The translations under genes and the position numbers were made by a program. DNA of 64,000 nt from an uncultured beta proteobacterium (GTDB lineage: Bacteria > Pseudomonadota > Gammaproteobacteria > Burkholderiales > Burkholderiaceae), in the NCBI GenBank assembly GCA_903918115.1, contig CAIXDG010000207.1, positions 16,111 to 80,110 on the forward strand. Direction: 5' to 3'. Below, one piece after another: positions 55,849-64,000 of the stretch. Numbering within the stretch: the first letter of the stretch is position 1; each line of letters starts with the position of its first letter. A model generated the notes under the pieces. It made no database searches and was not told where the DNA came from. It saw only the letters and a program-made list of their open reading frames with translations.

Positions 55849-56742
55849 TTGAGCTGGCTTAAATCTGCACTGAACCATCTTTTGGTGGGGCTTTTAAATG
55901 CCTTAACCTATTTGCCATATCCCGCCCTAGTGCACCTGGGTTATGGCTTGGGCTGGTTAGCAGCCCATATTCCTAGCGAACGCCAGCAGGTAGTTAAGAC
56001 TAACTTACAACGCTGCTTTCCAGATCTTAGTTCTGCAGAAATTTCCTCTTTAGCCGTTTTGCATTGGCGCTTATTAGGTCGTAGCTTATTAGAACGCAGC
56101 ATCATTTGGCGCGGCTCAATAAAGCAACTGAGTAACATGATTGAAGTTCGTACTGCGGTTGATTTAGCAGACCGCAAGCCCCGCATTCTAGTCAACCCAC
56201 ACTTTGTGGGCATTGAAGGCAGTATTATTATTAGTGCATTGGCTAAGGAGCGAAACTGGCCGCGCACTTCGGGATTTTTTCAGCGCATGAAAACCCCCTT
56301 CTTTAATCAAAAAATTATTGCTTGGCGCAATCGCTTCGGGGGAAACTCGATTGAGCGCGAGGGTAATATGATTCAGCTGATCCGCGAGATACGGGATGGT
56401 AATTTTGTGATTATTGCTCCTGATATTGATTTAGGGATTAAAGACTCCGCCTTCGTACCTTTTTTTGGCATCCTTACAAACACGATTACTGCCGTTTCCC
56501 GTCTAGCACAAGTAACTAAAGCCGAAGTTTGTATTATGAGTACCACCTTAAAAGCAGATGAATCTGGTTACCTTTGTGAAATTCGTGCGCCGCTAGCAGA
56601 TTTTCCTAGTGCCGATGTCAATGCCGATACCGCTTTCTTAAATCAGCAAATCGAAATTCTGGTACGTGAGCGTCCAGCAGAATACTATTGGGTGCATAAA
56701 CGCTTCAAAAATAGGCCTAGTGGCGATAGTAGTTTTTATTAA
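55849..56742 (+). CDS. Lipid A biosynthesis acyltransferase (paralog of 33940..34842)
   Basis: PHFVGIE, PDIDLG..SAFVPFFG and YYWVHKRFK motifs. Confidence 0.88.
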   Translation: MSWLKSALNHLLVGLLNALTYLPYPALVHLGYGLGWLAAHIPSERQQVVKTNLQRCFPDLSSAEISSLAVLHWRLLGRSLLERSIIWRGSIKQLSNMIEVRTAVDLADRKPRILVNPHFVGIEGSIIISALAKERNWPRTSGFFQRMKTPFFNQKIIAWRNRFGGNSIEREGNMIQLIREIRDGNFVIIAPDIDLGIKDSAFVPFFGILTNTITAVSRLAQVTKAEVCIMSTTLKADESGYLCEIRAPLADFPSADVNADTAFLNQQIEILVRERPAEYYWVHKRFKNRPSGDSSFY

Positions 56743-56761
56743 TCGATGAATAAAGAAAATA

Positions 56762-57514
56762 ATGCCTGCCAATGATCCCTCGGAAAAAGTACGGGTTTCT
56801 AAATTATTATCAGAGCTTGGGCTATGCTCACGTCGTGAGGCGGATGGCTATATTGAACAAGGCCTAGTGACCGTTGATGGCGAATTCGTTTCTGAGCTTG
56901 GTACGCGCGCATTTCGTCATCAAAAAATCGAGCTTCATGCGGCAGCCCAACGTCAGCAAGAGGCGCGCATCACAGTAATTTTAAACAAGCCCATTGGCTT
57001 TATTTCCCATTTAGATGATGATCAAGCTTATCAGCCCGCAGCCTCCCTTATTACAGCGGAACACTATTTTGCCAATCCGCTAGAACCCAATCGTAGTGGG
57101 CGTTTTAATACGCGGGGCCTAGCCCCAGCTGGCCGACTTGATATTGATTCGAGTGGGATGCTGGTTTTAACCCAAGATGGTCGCATTGCTAAGCTACTCA
57201 TTGGTGAAGATAGCCCGATTGAAAAAGAATATCTAGTGCGGGTAACAGGTAATTTATCGGCCGCTGGTCTTGAACAGCTGAACCACGGCTTATCACTAGA
57301 TGGGCAATTACTTAAACGCGCTAAAGTGAGCTGGCAAAATGAAGATCAATTGCGCTTTGTCTTGCGCGAAGGACGCAAAAGGCAAATTCGGCGGATGTGT
57401 GAACTCGTTGATCTGAAGGTAGTTGGTTTGAAACGAATTCGTATTGGACAAATTAGCTTGGGAGCCCTCCCTTTGGGGCAATGGCGCTACCTCAAAGCAG
57501 ACGAGCGGTTTTAA
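56762..57514 (+). CDS. rRNA pseudouridine synthase (RsuA/RluB/E/F family, S4 domain)
   Basis: CSRREAD, LNKP, GRLD catalytic motif, EGRKRQIRRM. Confidence 0.92.
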   Translation: MPANDPSEKVRVSKLLSELGLCSRREADGYIEQGLVTVDGEFVSELGTRAFRHQKIELHAAAQRQQEARITVILNKPIGFISHLDDDQAYQPAASLITAEHYFANPLEPNRSGRFNTRGLAPAGRLDIDSSGMLVLTQDGRIAKLLIGEDSPIEKEYLVRVTGNLSAAGLEQLNHGLSLDGQLLKRAKVSWQNEDQLRFVLREGRKRQIRRMCELVDLKVVGLKRIRIGQISLGALPLGQWRYLKADERF

Positions 57515-57567
57515 TTGCGCGCGCACTTATAATAGGCGCTGTTCTGATATTCCAAAGATAGCGCCCC

Positions 57568-59196
57568 ATCGAAACACATTCACCCAATAGCACCGCCGCA
57601 GAAGTTCAACGGCGACGTAGCTTTGCCATTATTTCCCACCCTGATGCGGGAAAAACGACGCTGACAGAAAAATTGCTACTGTATGCTGGCGCAATTCAAA
57701 TTGCCGGGAGTGTTAAAGCCCGCAAAGCTAGCAGGCATGCAACTTCCGACTGGATGGAGATTGAAAAGCAGCGCGGAATTTCTGTAGCAAGCTCAGTCAT
57801 GCAAATGGAATATCGTGATTGCATTATCAATTTGCTCGATACCCCTGGCCACCAAGATTTTTCGGAAGATACCTATCGCGTTTTAACTGCGGTTGATTCA
57901 GCCCTCATGGTGATTGATGCTGCCAATGGTGTTGAATCACAAACCTTGAGGCTACTGGAAGTTTGTCGGGCACGCAATACGCCGCTTGTAACCTTTATTA
58001 ATAAAATGGATCGGGAGGTTAAAAGCCCACTCGATTTAATGGATGAAATTGAAACCGCCCTAGGTATGGCGGTGGTGCCATTTACTTGGCCAGTCGGAAT
58101 GGGTAAATCATTTGCAGGAGTGATTGATATTGCCCAATCTAAAATGCGTTTATTTAAAGCGGGCGAAGATCGGGTTTCCGAAAGCAGCAACACATTTATT
58201 GATATTCATGATCCCGAATTAAAAAAACGGCTTGGCAGTGATTTAGATGAAGCGCTTACTGCCGTCGATTTAATTCGTAACGCTATGCCGGCATTTGATC
58301 GTGCTGCGTTTTTGGCTGGCAAACAGTCGCCCGTTTTTTTTGGCTCCGCAATTAACAATTTTGGCGTACGGGAAATTCTAAATACTTTAGTTGAACTTGC
58401 GCCAGCTCCTGGCTCGCGCAAGGCATTACAACGCGAAGTAGAGCCTGCAGAGCCTAAATTTTCAGCGATGGTATTTAAAATTCAAGCCAATATGGATCCT
58501 GCGCACCGTGACCGCGTGGCCTTTCTGCGGATTTGCTCTGGGCACTTTAAGCGCGGCATGCGTTTAAAAATTTGTCGTAATGGTAAAGAAATCCGCACCA
58601 ATAATGCACTGTCTTTCTTATCGCAGCGCCGCGATATATTAGATGAGGCTTTCCCTGGCGATATTATTGGCCTTCCTAATCACGGCTTGCTACGTTTAGG
58701 CGATAGCTTGAGTGAAGGTGAAGAATTGCAATTTACTGGCCTGCCTTTTTTTGCGCCAGAAATTTTTCGCATGGTTGAATCGGCGGATCCAATGCGTTCT
58801 AAACAATTGCGTATCGGTCTAATGCAGTTGGGCGAAGAAGGTGCAATTCAAGTTTTTCGTCCCATTGCTGGCGGCCCGATGTTACTGGGTGCTTTTGGAC
58901 AACTTCAGTTTGAGGTTGTCAGTCACCGCTTAAAAAGCGAATATGGGGCTGAAGTACGCCTACTGCCTGCACGTTTTAATTTAGCGCGCTGGGTTAGTTC
59001 GGATGATCCACTCATCCTCAAAAAATTTATTCAAGAAAATTCCCATCGCATGGCTGAGGATGTGGTTAATGCGCCTGTATTTCTAGCAGCGCATAAATCT
59101 GAACTTGATGTTGCTCAACAACGTTGGGAGGCGATTCGATTTCATGCCTTACGCGAACATGCAGGCCTGGTTTATCAGTCTGCACTGGCAGGATAA
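57568..59196 (+). CDS. prfC: Peptide chain release factor 3 (start codon non-canonical or uncertain)
   Basis: RRRSFAIISHPDAGKTTLTEKLL (read manually upstream of the ORF-track start), SDWMEIEKQRGIS, DTPGHQDF and NKMD motifs. The frame is bounded upstream by TAG 57559-57561. Confidence 0.93.
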   Translation: METHSPNSTAAEVQRRRSFAIISHPDAGKTTLTEKLLLYAGAIQIAGSVKARKASRHATSDWMEIEKQRGISVASSVMQMEYRDCIINLLDTPGHQDFSEDTYRVLTAVDSALMVIDAANGVESQTLRLLEVCRARNTPLVTFINKMDREVKSPLDLMDEIETALGMAVVPFTWPVGMGKSFAGVIDIAQSKMRLFKAGEDRVSESSNTFIDIHDPELKKRLGSDLDEALTAVDLIRNAMPAFDRAAFLAGKQSPVFFGSAINNFGVREILNTLVELAPAPGSRKALQREVEPAEPKFSAMVFKIQANMDPAHRDRVAFLRICSGHFKRGMRLKICRNGKEIRTNNALSFLSQRRDILDEAFPGDIIGLPNHGLLRLGDSLSEGEELQFTGLPFFAPEIFRMVESADPMRSKQLRIGLMQLGEEGAIQVFRPIAGGPMLLGAFGQLQFEVVSHRLKSEYGAEVRLLPARFNLARWVSSDDPLILKKFIQENSHRMAEDVVNAPVFLAAHKSELDVAQQRWEAIRFHALREHAGLVYQSALAG

Positions 59197-59222
59197 AGCC
59201 CTGAGTTGTGCGCATTCTAAAA

Positions 59223-60119
59223 TTAGGGGCTGCTTTTAAGTCTCGCCCGAATAATTGGCCAATAAATATTAATTCCTAAGCCTGCTATCACTAAAGTGGC
59301 AGCAGCAATTTTCCAAAGTGGCAAAGGCTCACTCAAGAAAATCGCCGCCGAACCGATTCCTAAAACGGGTACTAACAAAGAAATAGGCGCAACTACTGCG
59401 GCCGGATGACGGGCTAAAAGCCAGGCCCAAGCGGCAAACCCGAATAAGGTATTGCCCCAAGACTGCCATAAGATGGCTGCCCATAAGGTGCTGTTAAGGC
59501 CGCCTAAACTCGTTTGAATTAAATCCCATCCCTCAAAGATCAGTGATAGAACAATTAACGGGATGACACTGAAGATGCTCGACCAAACCACGTAGGCGAG
59601 CATATTAACTTTACCTGCGTTGCGACTAACCGTGTTACCTATGCCCCAAGAAAATGCACCCAGCAAGACCAAAGCCAAACCTAGGAAATCAGTATCTTGA
59701 TCAGTATGGCTGGCAATAATGCCCAATCCAATCAGGCATACCAACAAAGCGATAAATTGAAATTGACGAATTTGCTCACGCGCAAAGTACATCGCTAGGC
59801 CAATGGTAAAGAAGGCCTGACTTTGAACTACAACCGAAGAAAGCCCAGCAGAAATATGGCTTTGCACGGCGATGTATAAGAGGCCAAATTGACCAACGCC
59901 AATAAAAAAACCATAAGCGGCTAAGTTTAGCCAAGATACTTTTGGCTTTGGTAAAAAAAAGATTGCTGGTAATAAGGCGAAGACAAAGCGTAAGGCGGCG
60001 AATAATAAAGGCGGCAGAGTAAAGAGCGTGAGCTTAATCACCACAAAATTACTACCCCAGACGGCCACTACTGCTAGGGCTAATAAAAAATGACTGGTAG
60101 GTAATTTTTCATTACCCAT
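59223..60119 (-). CDS. EamA/DMT family transporter
   Basis: VWGSNFVVIK, PPLLFAALRF; about 10 TM segments in two repeats. Confidence 0.9.
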   Translation of the reverse strand: MGNEKLPTSHFLLALAVVAVWGSNFVVIKLTLFTLPPLLFAALRFVFALLPAIFFLPKPKVSWLNLAAYGFFIGVGQFGLLYIAVQSHISAGLSSVVVQSQAFFTIGLAMYFAREQIRQFQFIALLVCLIGLGIIASHTDQDTDFLGLALVLLGAFSWGIGNTVSRNAGKVNMLAYVVWSSIFSVIPLIVLSLIFEGWDLIQTSLGGLNSTLWAAILWQSWGNTLFGFAAWAWLLARHPAAVVAPISLLVPVLGIGSAAIFLSEPLPLWKIAAATLVIAGLGINIYWPIIRARLKSSP

Positions 60120-61734
60120 GCAGGGGCTTTTGTTGTATTAATTCTGCTAGTCGCTGAGCAAGCATCATGGTGGGTGCTGCCGTATTGCCCGAAGTAATAG
60201 CGGGCATTGCCGCAGCATCAGCTACTCGTAAACCGTAAATTCCTTTAACACGTAATTCTGCATCTAATACCGCCTTTGGATCTTCCGTTGTTCCCATCTT
60301 GCAAGTTCCTACCGGATGAAAGATGGTCGTCCCAATATTTCGGGCAGCCTCTATTAGCTCAGCCTCGCTTTGAAATTGCAAACCAGGCTTAAATTCCTCG
60401 GGCTGAAAGGGTGCAAATGCAGGGCTACCGATAATTTTACGAGTCAAGGTTAAAGCCTCAACTGCAACCCGACAATCTTCTGGAGTTGATAAGTAATTGG
60501 TAGTAATTACCGGCGCTGCGTTGCAATCTGTTGAGTTGATGTGTACGCTGCCCCTCGACGTGGGTCTTAAGTTACATACGCTTGCAGTAAACGCATTAAA
60601 GTCATGTAAATTTTCGCCAAATTTTTCGAGTGATAAGGGCTGTACATGGTATTCCAAATTAGTGCGCTTTTGGTCTTGTGAACTATAGGCAAAGGCCCCC
60701 AATTGCGATGGTGCCATGGCCATAGGGCCAGAACGCTTGAGGAGATATTCCATACCAATCTTCGCCTTACCCCAAAGCGATTTGGCTTTAGTGTTAAGGG
60801 TTTCAAGGCCTTTAATTTTATAAATCATACGTAACTGCAAATGATCTTGTAAATTTTCGCCAACCCCCGGCAAATCTGCGTGAACTGGGATTCCTAATTG
60901 TTGGAGGTGGGTTGCTGCACCAATACCAGAACGTTCTAAAATTTGTACGCTACCAATAGCGCCTGCGCATAAGATTACTTCTTGCGCACAAGCTACGGTT
61001 TGCAAGTGCTGGTCTTTAATAAACTCTACGCCCTCACAGCGTTTAGTGCTGGGATTAATCGTCAGCTTTTGCACTACCGCTTCAGTAATAACGTGAAGGT
61101 TCTTCCTGCTGGCAGTGTTTTTTAAAAATGCTCTAGCAGCATTTAAGCGCCAGCCTGACTTTTGATTGACATCAAAATAGCCCACGCCAAAGTTATCTCC
61201 ACGATTAAAGTCCTCACTTGCAGGGATGCCCTGTTCTTGCGCTGCCTCTTTAAATATCTCTAAGATCGGCCAATTTAAGCGCTGGCGCTCGACCCGCCAT
61301 TCGCCACCAACCCCATGCCAGCTATTTTGGCCGCCATAATAATCTTCAAATTCTTTGAATCTGTTTAGGGAAGGTTGCCAGCCCCAAGCAGCATCGCCAG
61401 TTTCCTGTGCCCAGAAATCATAATCGGCAGCCTGACCGCGCATATAAATCATGCCGTTAATAGAAGATGAACCACCCAATACTTTGCCACGCGGATAAAT
61501 TAAACTACGCCCATTTAAACCCGGGTCTGGTGCAGTACGAAAGCGCCAATCAGTGCGCGGGTTATCAATACAATATAAATAGCCCACGGGAATATGAATC
61601 CAGAGGTAATCGTCTTTTTTGCCAGCCTCTACCAGTAACACAGAAATTGTGGGGTTTTCCGTCAGACGTTTAGCCAGTAAGCAACCCGCACTGCCGGCGC
61701 CAATAATGATGTAGTCGTATTTTTTATCATTCAT
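60112..61734 (-). CDS. GMC family FAD oxidoreductase (choline dehydrogenase-like)
   Basis: GAGSAG, RGKVLGGSSSINGM, VGENLQDH, FHPVGTCKMG and GNT motifs. Confidence 0.92.
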   Translation of the reverse strand: MNDKKYDYIIIGAGSAGCLLAKRLTENPTISVLLVEAGKKDDYLWIHIPVGYLYCIDNPRTDWRFRTAPDPGLNGRSLIYPRGKVLGGSSSINGMIYMRGQAADYDFWAQETGDAAWGWQPSLNRFKEFEDYYGGQNSWHGVGGEWRVERQRLNWPILEIFKEAAQEQGIPASEDFNRGDNFGVGYFDVNQKSGWRLNAARAFLKNTASRKNLHVITEAVVQKLTINPSTKRCEGVEFIKDQHLQTVACAQEVILCAGAIGSVQILERSGIGAATHLQQLGIPVHADLPGVGENLQDHLQLRMIYKIKGLETLNTKAKSLWGKAKIGMEYLLKRSGPMAMAPSQLGAFAYSSQDQKRTNLEYHVQPLSLEKFGENLHDFNAFTASVCNLRPTSRGSVHINSTDCNAAPVITTNYLSTPEDCRVAVEALTLTRKIIGSPAFAPFQPEEFKPGLQFQSEAELIEAARNIGTTIFHPVGTCKMGTTEDPKAVLDAELRVKGIYGLRVADAAAMPAITSGNTAAPTMMLAQRLAELIQQKPLHG

Positions 61735-61790
61735 GCAATAAACTTCAATGTATTAATTTAAAGCCGAATGATTCAGCTAGTTTTTTTAAA

Positions 61791-62030
61791 TTAATTACAG
61801 TTAAAAATATTAACAAATTGACTTTCGTTTTCTTTAAATGATGCTTTTTTGCCATACTTCACGCAATACGCATTGGCTTGTTCAGTTAACTTCTCCATCG
61901 ATTCATTGCCGCTACTAATTAAGGTAACCTGATTTGAGTTCGATGCGTTAGTCAGAATATTGGCACAGGCAGTCATTCCCAGGGCAAAAAAAATGAGCGC
62001 CAAACGCATTGCCATATTTTTCTGATTCAT
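61791..62030 (-). CDS. Small hypothetical lipoprotein
   Basis: Signal peptide with MTAC lipobox-like site; two further Cys. Confidence 0.6.
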   Translation of the reverse strand: MNQKNMAMRLALIFFALGMTACANILTNASNSNQVTLISSGNESMEKLTEQANAYCVKYGKKASFKENESQFVNIFNCN

Positions 62031-62156
62031 TTTGTAGCCACCTTAACTTTAGTTATTCTGATTGATTTTAGCTTGCTCACTCTTTATCCTGCCGTCTTTG
62101 CTAGAATAAGTTGTAAATTGTTGAAAAGTGAACCTCGGTTATTAATAAAGGCCTGC

Positions 62157-62315
62157 ATGAAAAAATTGAGCAAAAAAGCGAAGCTCACCATTGGTTGGAC
62201 TATCTTGATGACGGTAATAGGTACCGCAATTCTGCATCAATTGGCTTTTTTCTTATTGGGTTGTGTATCAATTGCCCTGCTTCTCATCGCCAATCAAATG
62301 GGGAAGCTTGACTAG
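62157..62315 (+). CDS. Small hypothetical membrane protein (52 aa, 2 TM)
   Basis: AAAGG upstream of ATG 62157. Basic N-terminus followed by two hydrophobic segments. Confidence 0.55.
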   Translation: MKKLSKKAKLTIGWTILMTVIGTAILHQLAFFLLGCVSIALLLIANQMGKLD

Positions 62316-62704
62316 TCGCTGCTAGGTACCAGCAAGAAACCAATCAATACCGCAGCCAAGCCTACTATTACGCTACCAAGCACATAAGTGCCCGCAACTA
62401 AAAATTCTTTCTCGCGTAGCAAATAAAATGTTTCAAGGCCAAAAGCAGAAAAGGTTGTAAAACCACCCATAATTCCAGTAATTAATAATAAGCGCGAGTG
62501 GGTTGAAAACATTTCAAATTTTAAAATGAGGCCGGCTAAAACACCAATTACTAAACAGCCGATCACATTGACTAAAAAAGTGCCCAAGGGAAATCGCCAA
62601 TCTAAGGTGTGATGAAGCACAAAGCCAGACAGCTTGAAACGGCAAACTGAACCAATAGCGCCGCCGAGAGCCACTAAAATTATCGGGTGAATAGCCTCAA
62701 ACAT
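62312..62704 (-). CDS. crcB: Fluoride channel Fluc/CrcB
   Basis: GGAIGSVCRF, FPLGTFLVN and GGFTTFS signature motifs. Confidence 0.95.
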   Translation of the reverse strand: MFEAIHPIILVALGGAIGSVCRFKLSGFVLHHTLDWRFPLGTFLVNVIGCLVIGVLAGLILKFEMFSTHSRLLLITGIMGGFTTFSAFGLETFYLLREKEFLVAGTYVLGSVIVGLAAVLIGFLLVPSSD

Positions 62705-62751
62705 GAATTAAGCTCGCAATTAGTATTAGTGCAGTATATAAAAAATATTTT

Positions 62752-63438
62752 TCAGACTATCTTTTGTAATATTTCTGTTAACCCACTCGCTTCATAAGTG
62801 GGTTGGTGGCCAATTTCTTCAAAAGGTAGCGCTTGGCGATTCACCCAGCAGGTGTCAAATCCAAACCATCCAGCGCCCACCACATCCCATGCATTACTAG
62901 AAACAAATAAGACTTCTTGCTTGGTCACTGGAAAATGATTTAGTAAAAGTCCGTAAGTTTGGGGCGCTGTTTTAAACAGCCTGGTATCTGCTACTGAAAT
63001 AATTTTCTGTAGATAAGGAGCAAGATGATTACTGTCAACAGCGCTCGCGAGCATCTCTTTGCTACCATTCGACAGAATTGCACTGCTGATGCCTGCAACT
63101 TGGAGGCCCTTTAGTACTTCTATGCTTTCAGTAAAGGCCTCTAACTTTGCGTACTGGCCCATTAATTGCGCTTCATTTTCGCGCGTCAGTGGCAAGCCTA
63201 AACGTTTACAGCTATAGCGCAAGGCCCTTGCCGTAATTTCCCAAAAAGATAAGTAGTATTGGCTACCGGTTGAGTTTGGATCGCTGATAGTGATTAGACG
63301 GGTATATTCAATTTGTCGCTCACGCCATAGCTCGGTAAGCTGCTTCCCCTTAGCGGGGTAAATTACCTCCGCCAGCTGAGCAATCGAGTAAACATCAAAT
63401 AGGGTGCCGTAGGCGTCAAAGGCAATTAATTTATACAT
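62752..63438 (-). CDS. Haloacid dehalogenase type II (L-2-haloacid dehalogenase-like)
   Basis: FDAYGTLFDV nucleophile motif, WRERQIEY, LSNG, FK and VSSNAWD motifs. Start trimmed to ATG 63438. Confidence 0.9.
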   Translation of the reverse strand: MYKLIAFDAYGTLFDVYSIAQLAEVIYPAKGKQLTELWRERQIEYTRLITISDPNSTGSQYYLSFWEITARALRYSCKRLGLPLTRENEAQLMGQYAKLEAFTESIEVLKGLQVAGISSAILSNGSKEMLASAVDSNHLAPYLQKIISVADTRLFKTAPQTYGLLLNHFPVTKQEVLFVSSNAWDVVGAGWFGFDTCWVNRQALPFEEIGHQPTYEASGLTEILQKIV

Positions 63439-63584
63439 AGGCCTATTTTCCTTGAAGTAGCCCACTAAATGCTATTATTCTCGCCTGAGATCACCATCCT
63501 GTGCCCCCATGGGGGGATTAATCAAGCCTATCTTCCCAAGCTAGCCTTTCTTAAGCCATCGCTAATATTATTGAGGGCTTATTT

Positions 63585-63923
63585 ATGGCTGTTGGACAAA
63601 ACCAAAGAACTAGAAAAAATGATTCTATGCTCACTAAAACTGGGAAACCACGCTTAGGACCGCTGAATCACGCACAATTAACTAAGTTGATTGAATCTTC
63701 AAGCAAGCCTAAAGATAAAAATAAGCTTGTTCGTGCGCTTGCTAAGCAAAAACCATCTACAGCTACGCTTGCTGCTGCTGCCGCAGCGGTTACTGCCGCA
63801 ACAAATGCCGCCAGTGCTGCTGCTGATGCTGCACTAGCAGCCAGCGCACCAGCTGCGGAGACTCCCGCTGCGGAAACCGTTGCTCCAGCCGAAGAATTAA
63901 CGCCAAATCCAGCAAGCGAATAA
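63585..63923 (+). CDS. Hypothetical protein: basic N-terminal domain plus Ala/Pro/Glu-rich tail
   Basis: GAGGG SD before ATG. Lys/Arg-rich first ~56 aa, then a low-complexity tail. Confidence 0.6.
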   Translation: MAVGQNQRTRKNDSMLTKTGKPRLGPLNHAQLTKLIESSSKPKDKNKLVRALAKQKPSTATLAAAAAAVTAATNAASAAADAALAASAPAAETPAAETVAPAEELTPNPASE

Positions 63924-64000
63924 CTATTCAGTTTGTGAAAACCTAATTACAGGCTAAATAGGCTTTTGAATTATTGGTCAGCGAATTTTTTGCAATTTCG

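Noticed and set aside
63440-63505. Possible fluoride riboswitch upstream of HAD-crcB (minus strand has GGATGGTGATCTC)
   Set aside because: P1 pairing is poor and the required 3' UAAUGAC/CACC-type pseudoknot partner is absent. Nothing riboswitch-like lies in the 47 bp before crcB either.

Overview
A gene-dense, roughly 44% GC (estimated by eye) core-chromosome segment from a streamlined betaproteobacterium. Gene content and order fit Burkholderiaceae, most likely Polynucleobacter-like, but this is an inference. It carries about 58 CDS: argS (partial), split metH, phaM, aceK, an RND efflux operon, glmS/glmU/ttcA/folB, cca, slt, metF/ahcY/metK, three lipid A acyltransferases, dapF, pyrE, xth, ampG, metW/metX/slmA/argB, dksA, a COG0523 GTPase, xerC, gatCAB, mreBCD-mrdA-rodA, HU, can and prfC. 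A small accessory-looking tail holds EamA, a GMC oxidoreductase, fluC and a haloacid dehalogenase. I found no tRNA, rRNA, CRISPR array or mobile element. There is a clear SAH riboswitch before ahcY and a SAM-II-like pseudoknot before metK. The most notable observations are: (1) prfC has no canonical start codon upstream of its P-loop and is preceded by an in-frame uORF ending in a single UAG; (2) the metK leader is a variant SAM-II-like element; (3) a -10-box-then-ATG pattern recurs and suggests leaderless mRNAs; (4) a haloacid dehalogenase sits next to a fluoride channel; (5) an apparent inversion splits dapF from DUF484-xerC. No database searches were run, so novelty is unverified.
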